Assembly: GCA_023261845.1 (NCBI GenBank)
Contig: JALNJZ010000004.1
Span: 73,003-137,002 of the forward strand
DNA length: 64,000 nt
Origin: Candidatus Terraquivivens tengchongensis
GTDB lineage: Archaea > Thermoproteota > Nitrososphaeria_A > Caldarchaeales > Wolframiiraptoraceae
Direction of reading: 5' to 3'
Shown here: positions 40,243-49,250 of the stretch, piece by piece
Numbering within the stretch: position 1 is the stretch's first letter
Layout of the letters: each line of letters opens with the position of its first letter
Translations under genes and position numbers: made by a program
Notes under the pieces: model-generated
The model's input: only the letters and a program-made list of their open reading frames with translations
What the model was told of the DNA's origin: nothing
Database searches by the model: none

Positions 40243-41298
40243 ATGGTCCAAAAAGATTTACCGCGAATTGGGAAGTTGGCACCAGACATCTTCAACGAGA
40301 CAATATTTCCCAAGACGGGGACTCCAGACCGTGACTTATTGGTCGGTCCAAGGCATGGTTTTGATGCAGCTGTTTTAAAGGTCGGAGACAGAGTAATGGT
40401 TGTCGCGGAAGACCCAACGTTCGGTGTTCCATCTTGGGGTTGGAGGCAGTTCGGATGGGGCATAGTTCATATATGTGCCAGTGACGTCGCAGTTTTCGGT
40501 GTGAGACCGAAGTACATGACGATATGCCTGCTACTGCCACCAAACACGCAGCGAGGCGTTCTGGAGGAGATATGGAACTCGATACATGAGGAGTGTGTTA
40601 GGCTTGGTATAACGATCGTTGGAGGGCACACTGGTGTTTATGGAGGAATATCGTATCCATTAAACGGAGGATGTACTGTATGGGGGTTTGCCGAAGATGG
40701 TAAGTACGTTACGCCGGGAGGTGCTCGAGTCGGTGACAAGATCTTGATCACGAAGGGCGCAGCGATCGAAGCCACTGCGATTCTTGCGCTACAATATCCT
40801 AAAACGCTCACGAGGGTTTTTGGTTCTTCATTCGTCAAGAGGGCGCAGGACATGTATTGGCAGATGTCGGTCGTTGAGGATGCTCTTACAGCCTTCGATG
40901 CCGGAGGAGTTACGGCGATGCATGATGCGACTGAAGGAGGAGTTCTTGGAGGAATTTACGAGGTTGCTGAAGCAAGCAATGTTGGGGTCAAGATATATTT
41001 GAACAGGATAAGGGTCCCTGAGGAAGCTAGGAAGATATGTGATTTCTTTAGAATAGACCCATACAAATCAATTAGCGAGGGGACGCTCGTATTGACCGTG
41101 AGACCAAACAGTGTAGAAAACGTTATGAACGCTCTGAAGAGTAAAGGCATAGAGGCCATGGTTATCGGTGAGGTGACGGAGCTAAAACATGGACGAAGAG
41201 TCATCTCAGAGGACGGTAAGGAGCTCGAGCTAGAATTTCCAGAGGAAGATCCATTTTGGAAGGTATTCTTTGAAACTTTAGAGAAACCTGACATTTGA
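40243..41298 (+). CDS. AIR synthase-related (PurM/HypE/ThiL-like) protein
   Basis: GP..GFDAAV, EDP, ASDVA, VGGHT, AMHDATEGG, SISEG; GGAGGG ribosome-binding site before ATG 40243. Confidence 0.85.
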   Translation: MVQKDLPRIGKLAPDIFNETIFPKTGTPDRDLLVGPRHGFDAAVLKVGDRVMVVAEDPTFGVPSWGWRQFGWGIVHICASDVAVFGVRPKYMTICLLLPPNTQRGVLEEIWNSIHEECVRLGITIVGGHTGVYGGISYPLNGGCTVWGFAEDGKYVTPGGARVGDKILITKGAAIEATAILALQYPKTLTRVFGSSFVKRAQDMYWQMSVVEDALTAFDAGGVTAMHDATEGGVLGGIYEVAEASNVGVKIYLNRIRVPEEARKICDFFRIDPYKSISEGTLVLTVRPNSVENVMNALKSKGIEAMVIGEVTELKHGRRVISEDGKELELEFPEEDPFWKVFFETLEKPDI

Positions 41299-41306
41299 AA
41301 TGTTAG

Positions 41307-41915
41307 GTGTTGTGGATGATCTACCAAATTGAGCAGGAAAAAGACATCATTCTAGGGAACCTAGTTAGGGCTGTGCATATACTTGAATCATCAGAATACT
41401 TTGGGCTCCTTATACCAGAGGTTAGGGTTAACATCGTGTATTCTATGGAGAACGCATCATGCCCTGATGAAGTTGCAGGAATAGATGGACGAATAACCTT
41501 AGTAAACGGTAAGGTCAAGGCCGCAGGGTATCCAAGGTTTGGAGCGTCCGATCACATGGCAAGGCTCATAATAGAGGTTAGAAAGTACGACAGGAGTTAT
41601 AGGGCTGGAATAAACTTTGCATGGACGCCTGAACTATCAACTTTCTTGGAAGAATATTGTAAGGGAAGAGGCTGGGATTATGCTGGAATAGATAGAAGGA
41701 TGGAACCTGAAGAGTTTTCATCGGTAGAGAGAAGGAGTATGCCGTGGAAGATAAAAACACTCGTAGAAATATGTGGAGGTAAAGTGCCGAAGGTATTCTA
41801 CGAGGGGCCTGGCTTGGGTAAGGAACCTCTTACTGTGCTGCTAGGAAAGGATGCTGTAGAGGTAGCTACCGAGGTAGCTGAAATATCCAAACAGTATGCC
41901 TCAAGGTGTAAGTAA
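41307..41915 (+). CDS. thiN: Thiamine-phosphate synthase ThiN-domain protein
   Basis: LIPEVRVNI, VAGIDGRI, FGASDHMAR, DRRMEP, GLGKEP. Confidence 0.8.
   Translation: MLWMIYQIEQEKDIILGNLVRAVHILESSEYFGLLIPEVRVNIVYSMENASCPDEVAGIDGRITLVNGKVKAAGYPRFGASDHMARLIIEVRKYDRSYRAGINFAWTPELSTFLEEYCKGRGWDYAGIDRRMEPEEFSSVERRSMPWKIKTLVEICGGKVPKVFYEGPGLGKEPLTVLLGKDAVEVATEVAEISKQYASRCK
41855..41911 (+). repeat. thiN 3' end, copy A of a 57-bp imperfect direct repeat
   Basis: 46/57 identical, ungapped, to 45381-45437. Confidence 0.8.
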
Positions 41916-42023
41916 GCGCACGTCAATTTTGAGGGGACTGGCATGTTCATCTATGAAGGGGCTATGCCAAAGTTAGGCACCGATAATTTAATATTACTTT
42001 AATAACGTTAATTTTTCATATGT

Positions 42024-43456
42024 ATGAGTGTGGGCGATGTGAACCACATATCTACTGGGAGCGTGGAACTTGATTCGGTTCTTGGCGGTGGTTTTCCAGC
42101 AGGCAGCCTAATTGTGGTTACTGGCCCTCCTGGTACTGGTAAGACTATTTTTGCAGTAAACTGGATTTATAACAATATCAAGAAATTTGGCGAGAAAGGT
42201 TTGTATGTGAATTTTGTTGAGGGACATAAGAGCTTTATCGAGAACATGCGTAGTTTGGGCTTAGATTTTGAGGAGCTTGAGCGCACTGGAAAGTTTAGGT
42301 TTCTGGAGAGCGTTACACTTAAGGAGAGCGGCATCCCAGCGATTTTTGAGCAGATACTAAGCGAAATTGTTAATACGAAGGCAAGCATGCTCGTCATAGA
42401 TTCTTTCTCGGCGATATCACAAGTTATGGAAAAACCCTACGAGGCACGCATATTCGCCCACACAATTCTGAGTAAGATTGTTAGGGATATGGGATGCACG
42501 ACGATGCTCATAATCGAAAAAGCAGGTGTTGAAGAAAACTATGAGGTGACAGAATTCTTATCGGACTTCATAATCAACCTCTCTAAAACTGAGGTCAGCG
42601 GGGCCCTCTTAAGATACTTAAGGATACTTAAGGCTCGTGGAACGGAGATACGACAGCAACGATTGGCCTTCACGCTGAAAGATGGCTTTAACGTCTTCAA
42701 ACCGGTATCTATAAGCGGTCTTCCCGAGTCGACAAAGAAATTTAAGATTGTACCGCATGGTAATTACTATTACTCTTCCGGTATTCAAGATCTAGACAGA
42801 ACAGAATAGTTGGTATAATGTTTAGTAAAGGATGTTATAACCTCCTAGAGATTGAGAGGGATGTTACGTTACCACCTGAGCGTTTATTCCGGGTAACAGT
42901 CTCGAATGTGTTGAACCAAGGCGGTTGTGTTGTCATTCTTCCACCTCAGGGCCTAAGTGCATTAACGGTTTGGAATTCGCTTGAGTCATTCGTTTACAAA
43001 GATGCCCTGAACCGTAACCTTAAGATCGTTGACTTTAAAGCTACAGTCGTTGAGAAAGTTGAACCACATGCAATCCTCTTTGAGGGGAAGTCTTTGAGGG
43101 AGGATATGTTATGCTTTTGGAATGCAATCACAGATTTTAGGATAAAACATAACAGACCAGTTTTTACTATTGTTGGTTTTGATACGCTGGAATATGTTTA
43201 TGGAAAGGAGGAAGTTCTGAAGATTTTAGGTGCCGATCTATCCAGAGTGAGAAACTTTGGCGATATAAGATTGAATATTATTAGATCTGAATGTAACATA
43301 GTCGAGTCCTTAAGATCTCTGGCAAGCGTTCATCTTATTGTTAAGGAGTTATGCGGCGCATTCTTCCTTCAAGGAATAAAGCCAAAAACACCACTATTAA
43401 ACATCGACGTTCACATAGATGAAGAGACGGAGATCAGATTAACACCAGCACTATAG
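42024..43456 (+). pseudogene. Two-domain KaiC/GvpD-like ATPase split by a 5-bp duplication
   Basis: First domain GPPGTGKT...LKARGT; ACAGA ACAGA at 42796-42805; removing one copy restores SSGIQDLDRIVGIMFSKG and fuses both ORFs. Confidence 0.8.
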
Positions 43457-43630
43457 TCGTTTTTCACAACCTCGGCTAAACCTTGAAGTATATAATGCTT
43501 AGACTACACACTCGGGCTCGAGGTGAAGTTACAAAGTGTATTTTGGAGTGCAGATAAGCATGTGTCAATTACAGTATGGGTACTGAACGTAAGATTCAAA
43601 TAAATGAAATCATTTCGTATCATATCGTAA

Positions 43631-44470
43631 ATGGTAAAGAAAAAGAAAACCTCAAAGAAGGATAGACCGGTTAAAAGAGTACGTCGACGTTTATTTTTGG
43701 TTGCGCTCATCTTGTTAGGAGTAGCATCAGTTGGTGCAACGTTCTGGCTCCTATATCCCAGACCATCGTCCGAGGTACCAATATCGCTAAACTGTCCACA
43801 AGCGAGTAATGGAGAGAAAGTTGCTGCGATCATCGACGGTCTTTCTATCGACTTTCCGAATCAAGAGCTAATTGATGAATTAAAATCTCTATTGTCGAGT
43901 AACGGCTATGTAGTCGATGTCTTCCAGGGTTCAGATGTGACGCTGAACCTTTACAGATGTATACCTTCTATGGGCTACGATCTAATAATCTTTAGAATCC
44001 ACAGCGCCATCTTTAACCCTCAACTCGTTCCGAAGGAGGAGCTCTTTCCGGCCTTCTTTACCACTGAGGAATACAGCATGGAAAAATACTTGAATGAGCA
44101 GTTCAGCGGCTTAGTCGTTCCAGCAGTTCCAATAACACCGGGACTTTCATCAACGGAGACGACCCAATACTTTGCGGTAACGCCTGGGGTTTTCGTGCAA
44201 GCAAGCGGACGGTTTAAGAACACCGTGATAATCGTCTCAAGTTGCTTCAGCGCCATAACTGATAAAGCTGCCAAAGTATTCTTAGAAAAGGGTGCCTCGG
44301 CTTACATCGGCTGGAATGATCTAGTATCTGTTGAACACATGGACAGAGCTACGCTCCTCTTAGTCCAAGAAATAGTGAAAGGTACGAGCCCGTACGATGC
44401 GGTATCAAAAGTGAATACGACTTTAGGACCAGACCCTAACTCTGGAGGGCGGCTGCTGATATTCCGATGA
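43631..44470 (+). CDS. Membrane-anchored protein with caspase/CHAT/gingipain-like (clan CD) domain
   Basis: Basic N-terminus and TM; IIFRIHS and IIVSSCFS His/Cys strands; FLEKGASAYIGW. Confidence 0.55.
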   Translation: MVKKKKTSKKDRPVKRVRRRLFLVALILLGVASVGATFWLLYPRPSSEVPISLNCPQASNGEKVAAIIDGLSIDFPNQELIDELKSLLSSNGYVVDVFQGSDVTLNLYRCIPSMGYDLIIFRIHSAIFNPQLVPKEELFPAFFTTEEYSMEKYLNEQFSGLVVPAVPITPGLSSTETTQYFAVTPGVFVQASGRFKNTVIIVSSCFSAITDKAAKVFLEKGASAYIGWNDLVSVEHMDRATLLLVQEIVKGTSPYDAVSKVNTTLGPDPNSGGRLLIFR

Positions 44471-44477
44471 ATTTATA

Positions 44478-44984
44478 ATGTTAACCAATAACCATCGCGT
44501 TTTAATTTTGCTATTGTTCGTTTTAACGTTATCAGTAAGTGCAGCCTTTGTGCCGAGCGTTGCAAGCCAACCTATATGACCTTCTGATACGCAATGGATC
44601 TGGATCGATTATGATAAAAACGAGGACGGGCCACAGGATGACTGGGGGGATGTCAAAAACGCATATTACTATTATGACGGAACTTATCTGTATCTAAGGC
44701 TGGAGTGTTATGCTGCACCAGGCTCAAAGTGGCCGGCAGACAATGCACGTTACAAGCGGTTCATCAACATAACGCAAGTGCTCTACATGAGCGGAGGAAA
44801 CATAATCGGCGCAAAGTATCTATTATTCGTGGAGGATACAGACGATGATGGAACTGGCGAGATATACTTGCTCAAAGATATTATTCTTGATGGAAAGTTT
44901 GATGAATATGGCCCCGGGCAGGCATACGATTCTATTGGTGTCTTTAACGGAAATGGGGACGGAAAAATTTCGCAGAGAGTTTAA
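44478..44984 (+). pseudogene. Secreted protein with in-frame TGA, probably also 3'-truncated
   Basis: MLTNNHRVLILLLFVLTLSVSAAFVPSVASQPI*PSDTQW...YYDGTYLYLRLE...; TGA 44577-44579; same frame as ORF 44778-44984. Confidence 0.7.
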
Positions 44985-45113
44985 GTTTTAAAGTTTGATT
45001 TCCGCATCCTCATAGGCAAGGCGTATTAATATTGTTTTCAAACTCTTTCTATGTAGTTTATCGCATGCATTTGTTTGCCTATCTTCGTGATGAACACAAG
45101 CTTCCTATTGATT

Positions 45114-45296
45114 CTAGTGGCAACAATGCCCTGAATGTTCAGAATGTCCGCCAGCATATTTTGTCGGATTCTTATCGAACGTTGTCTTACATATTTGGTT
45201 ACAGAAGTAGTATGTTTTGCCCATATATTCTGATTTGAACTTGGCAGTTTTCTCGTCCACATCCATACCGCAAACTGGGTCTTTAGCCATATTCAT
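45114..45296 (-). CDS. YHS/TRASH domain metal-binding protein
   Basis: KDPVCGMDVD...YYFC...C...F..NP.KY, His/Cys tail. Confidence 0.88.
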   Translation of the reverse strand: MNMAKDPVCGMDVDEKTAKFKSEYMGKTYYFCNQICKTTFDKNPTKYAGGHSEHSGHCCH

Positions 45297-45380
45297 ATTT
45301 CACCTCCTATGTATTCGCTTACAACTTGAGGGATTTAAAATTGCCGAATTGCTGAGAGCAAATAAGTAACTGAAAACCAT

Positions 45381-45437
45381 TGTATAGGTAGCTACCGAGG
45401 TTGTTGAAATATCAAAATACTACGCTTTAAGATGCAA
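45381..45437 (+). repeat. Degenerate duplicate of thiN 3' end (copy B)
   Basis: Translates V*VATEVVEISKYYALRCK vs VEVATEVAEISKQYASRCK. Confidence 0.8.
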
Positions 45438-45573
45438 AAAACTGAAAAGCTGTCAGCGAGAGAGTGCTGTAATATCTGCTGGCTCTGGAAAACTAGGTAA
45501 GCTTTTCCTACACCAAAACATTTATTTCCGCCTGATTGAACTCTTCTTTTTAGCTAAAGGAGTCTAAAAGGAT

Positions 45574-46779
45574 ATGGCGCCAAGGATCTTATCTCAAGAG
45601 GTTGCGCGTGAATTTTATCTGCTGAGGGTTGATGATGAGAAAGTTAATTATTTCGAGGCCCTTTGGAGCATTCCAGAGAAAGTGACTTATAACGCGTATC
45701 TGTTAGTAGGAAATGGTGAGGTTGTTCTATTTGATTGCTGGAAGAATACCTATGCTGATGAGCTTGTTGAGACGATTAAAGGGATCGTGGACCCACGGGA
45801 TATAACGCATATAATTGTTCATCATGCCGAGCCAGATCACTCCGGTTCTCTTCCGAGGGTTCTTGAGGTAAACGGGTTCAGGGCTGAGGTTGTGACCTAC
45901 TCCATGGGCAAATCCATTCTCGAAGCCTTATACAAGATATCCCCTAAGTTCAGGATAGTGAAGGATGGTGATGAGCTCGCATTGGCTGGAGAGAACATCA
46001 AGATTATCCACACACCGTGGCTACACTGGCCCGAGACCATAATGAGTTATCTTTCAGGACGTAAGATATTGCTTTCGTGTGACGCTTTTGGAGGCTACTC
46101 GATCCCAAGAACCATCTTTGATGATGAAGAGGTTGTCCGAGAGTATCTGCCGAGTGTCAGGAAATACGTCGCAACAGTAATAGGATTCTACAGACAACAC
46201 ATAATCCGGAACGTAGAGAAAATTCAAAGCCTTGGACTAAGCATTGATATGATAGCTCCGGCCCACGGGCTTATATGGAAAAGGAGGCCACAACTGATTG
46301 TAGATTACTACAGGGCGTTAGCTGAAGGGCGTCCCGACGAGTATAAGATTCTAGTCATTTCCGGCTCGATGTACGGCCTGACGGAAGCGGCTACGAGAGT
46401 CGCCGTTGAAGAAGTGGAGAGGTTAGGGGGTCGTGTGGTTTTCTACCGGTTCGATGATTCCGAGCAACCTCCGTTTTCTGATATCCTAGGCGATGCAATA
46501 GACTCAAAAGCAATTATCCTCGCTACGCCGACTTACGAGGTTGGCATCTATCCGCCGCTAGATCAACTGGTTGAGTTAATCACTAAGAAGATTCCACAGA
46601 AGCCGGTACTCGTAGTAGGTTCTTATGGTTGGGCTGGTGTTGCGGCCAAGAAGGTCTCGGAGAAGCTTGGAGGTTCGGGCTTTAAGGTGATCGATGTTAT
46701 CGAATTTCAGGGATCTGCGAGTGAGAAGAACATTCAGAGGATTAGGGAGGGTGTGAAAAAACTTTTCGAATCACCATAA
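45574..46779 (+). CDS. fprA: Flavodiiron protein (FprA, A-type flavoprotein)
   Basis: TYNAYL, HHAEPDHSG, LHWPET, SCDAFG, APAHG, flavodoxin SMYG.T, GSYGW. Confidence 0.92.
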   Translation: MAPRILSQEVAREFYLLRVDDEKVNYFEALWSIPEKVTYNAYLLVGNGEVVLFDCWKNTYADELVETIKGIVDPRDITHIIVHHAEPDHSGSLPRVLEVNGFRAEVVTYSMGKSILEALYKISPKFRIVKDGDELALAGENIKIIHTPWLHWPETIMSYLSGRKILLSCDAFGGYSIPRTIFDDEEVVREYLPSVRKYVATVIGFYRQHIIRNVEKIQSLGLSIDMIAPAHGLIWKRRPQLIVDYYRALAEGRPDEYKILVISGSMYGLTEAATRVAVEEVERLGGRVVFYRFDDSEQPPFSDILGDAIDSKAIILATPTYEVGIYPPLDQLVELITKKIPQKPVLVVGSYGWAGVAAKKVSEKLGGSGFKVIDVIEFQGSASEKNIQRIREGVKKLFESP

Positions 46780-46980
46780 AAGCGAGAATTACGACCTGTT
46801 ATCTCTCGAGGATGTGGAGGGGTCTCTGATATGATGAACAGACCGTGGAGTGGATTGTACATGCTTAACATGTGGGCGGTGAAATTGCTACCACAATTCT
46901 CGTAACAGCCATATTCTTAGGATGTTTGAGAATATGACCGAAGGACGAGTTGCCATTTATCTATAGAGAGTTTGTTCCCG

Positions 46981-47029
46981 AATTAGTTTTACATCTGTGG
47001 AAAAATTTTTCCAGCATGCTGAACTAATT
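46981..47029. repeat. Second copy of the palindromic ~48-bp element (left arm decayed)
   Basis: 47000-47029 matches 16856-16885 at 29/30; starts AATTAGTT. Confidence 0.8.
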
Positions 47030-47156
47030 ACTCTATATACTCATAGAACTTTCTTTAATGCAAAACCGCAGACAATCAATCATATAAAGACGTATTTGTC
47101 CCATGCCATGGATAGTGACGGTGGATGGCACTATTATCTGGGAATTAATCTTTCGT

Positions 47157-47339
47157 CTACGTTTCTCTGGAATGATATTCACCAACGCCTACAATTATCG
47201 CCATTAAACCCAATAGTATAAGTATCCAAGGCCAGAAGCCAACATAAAAGAGTATGGCGAGTCCTATCAAGAAGGCCCCACCGGACACAGAAAGCCAAAG
47301 CCTCCTCCTCGAACTCCCATCTCTGCTTTTCTCAGGCAC
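47157..47339 (-). CDS. Small two-TM membrane protein
   Basis: GGAFLIGLAILFY..FWPWILILLG. Confidence 0.6.
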   Translation of the reverse strand: MPEKSRDGSSRRRLWLSVSGGAFLIGLAILFYVGFWPWILILLGLMAIIVGVGEYHSRET

Positions 47340-47762
47340 AAAATTTTTTCTCTTAGGGGAACTTAAAAGGTTTATGATTTAAACGCCAGCAACTATCTCC
47401 AATTGCCATATAACTCTAATGTAATTTTCATACCCTTAGGTTACGCTAGTCGGCAGATATACGTCCTTTTATTTTTTAACAGAAAGGGGAACGAAAAATT
47501 GAAAATATGGATATTATGTCATGAAAGATATTGATGAAGAAATTATTGGTTTCATTTTTGCTTCTTAATCAATGATGATGATTTTTATAGTAGTGATAAC
47601 AATAACCGCAATAGCCGCCTACTATGTGGAAAATCAGCCCAAAGAAAAGAAATATTCAGCTTTTAAGCAACTAGGTAGGCTAACTCTCTTCATAAGCCAT
47701 CGTGGAAAATAGGGTCGAAAAAATGAAAATGATTGTTACACCTGTAACAATTCTTAAAAGTA

Positions 47763-47847
47763 TGCGGGGGGTGGGATTTGAACCCACGAACCCCTACGGG
47801 ACAGGAGCCTCAGTCCTGCGCCGTTGACCAGGCTTGGCAACCCCCGC
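47763..47847 (-). tRNA. tRNA-Leu(GAG)
   Basis: GCGGGGG acceptor stem, CAGGA/TCCTG anticodon stem with CT-GAG-GC loop, long variable arm, GGTTCAAATCC T-arm; CCA not encoded. Confidence 0.95.
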
Positions 47848-47924
47848 CTTATTTTACCCAAGCTGATAGGAGGTTTTCTCCTTTTAATAAATTTACATAT
47901 CTGCATCCTATATTTTGTGCGGTT

Positions 47925-49124
47925 TTAGGTTATGCTTCGCTGAGGGGCTCTCATGATTTTTATACTCGTAAGTAAGCCGATGATTGCCACAGATTCTGTC
48001 GCTATAGCAAACAGCACCATAAGAATCACGAGGCCGTGTTGATATAGGTATCCGTAAACCATCGAGCCAACCATCCATGCCATTCCGAAGAAAGCTCCGA
48101 ACATACCGTATCCGTATGCTCTGCCTTCTATGGGCACTATGTCTGCTATTGCTGCACGCGCAGTGCTCTCGTAGATTCCCATTGCTGCTCCCCAAAACAC
48201 GCTGGACAATAGAACCAAACGAAGATCACCCATAACGAGTGTTGGAACGACTAAAGCCGATAGCACGGGCGCCACTACGAGCGAGGCTAAGCCGACCCTA
48301 TCGTAAATCATTCCCATAGGAAAAGCGAGAAATCCGTCGACGAGCATGGCTACAAGATACATCATAGCTATCACGTAATCTGCAAAGCCTTCAGCCCTAA
48401 GGTAATATGAGACGTTGACCCAAGGCATGAAGCCTAAGGCGATCAAAGACATAGAGGCTGTATACAACCAGAATGCCTTACCAAGTACAACTCTGCTCTT
48501 TAGTATTGGAACAGAAGCTTCTGCCGATCTCACCTTAGGGTATTTGCTGTATGCAGTGAGGAGGAGCGCTATGGATATGGCTGCGGGTAATGCTAACAGT
48601 GAAAACGTCACGAAGTAAGAGTTGCTAGTCACATACAACGTCACTGAAACCATCAAAGGGCCCATGACCGCCCCTGCCTGGTCCAGTGCTTCGTGGAGAC
48701 CGAAGGCTTTGCCCTTACCCGCCTTTTCCGTTACCTCGGCTATTATGACGTCCCTTACTGGAGTCCTCAAGCCCTTGCCTATCCTCTCTAGGAATATGAG
48801 AAATATCGCTAACTGCCAATACCCGGATAGCGCCAGAAGCGGGCAAGCAATCAAGTTCAGTGCATATCCAGCGAAGACCAATGACCAGTAAACCTTGCTA
48901 GACCTCCAATGGCCTGCTAGCGTGCCGCTAAGCAACCTCGCAACATAACCTAAAAACTCGCCTATACTCGCTAGGCTGGCGAAGAACGCCGTCGCACCTA
49001 AGAGCCCTACGTAAGAGCCAAAAACCGACCTGGCACCCTCATACGTCATATCTGCGAACAGCGAAACTAATGAGAGTAGAATGAAGACCGTGAAAAGCTC
49101 CTTGCCTAGGACGCGGAAACCCAT
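47925..49124 (-). CDS. MFS transporter
   Basis: SLFADMTYEGARS, ERIGKGLRTP.RD, GKAFGLHEALDQ.GA; ~12 TM. Confidence 0.9.
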   Translation of the reverse strand: MGFRVLGKELFTVFILLSLVSLFADMTYEGARSVFGSYVGLLGATAFFASLASIGEFLGYVARLLSGTLAGHWRSSKVYWSLVFAGYALNLIACPLLALSGYWQLAIFLIFLERIGKGLRTPVRDVIIAEVTEKAGKGKAFGLHEALDQAGAVMGPLMVSVTLYVTSNSYFVTFSLLALPAAISIALLLTAYSKYPKVRSAEASVPILKSRVVLGKAFWLYTASMSLIALGFMPWVNVSYYLRAEGFADYVIAMMYLVAMLVDGFLAFPMGMIYDRVGLASLVVAPVLSALVVPTLVMGDLRLVLLSSVFWGAAMGIYESTARAAIADIVPIEGRAYGYGMFGAFFGMAWMVGSMVYGYLYQHGLVILMVLFAIATESVAIIGLLTSIKIMRAPQRSIT

Positions 49125-49250
49125 CTTTTTATCACCAAGCGTTTTAATGTTGTCTCATGCAACGACCCGATGTTATGTGGTTTATTAAGACCGAGGCTGA
49201 TTTAAAAGTCATATTTCGTTAACCAGGCTTGGCATAATCCTTCCAAGCCG

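Noticed and set aside
44577-44579. In-frame TGA as selenocysteine
   Set aside because: Non-redox secreted protein context, no Cys-type motif, and no SECIS recognised; simple nonsense mutation is more likely
38520-47760. Provirus or integrative element next to tRNA-Leu
   Set aside because: No integrase, capsid, packaging ATPase or duplicated tRNA 3' end found
47778-47975. 65-aa ORF
   Set aside because: Overlaps tRNA-Leu on the opposite strand
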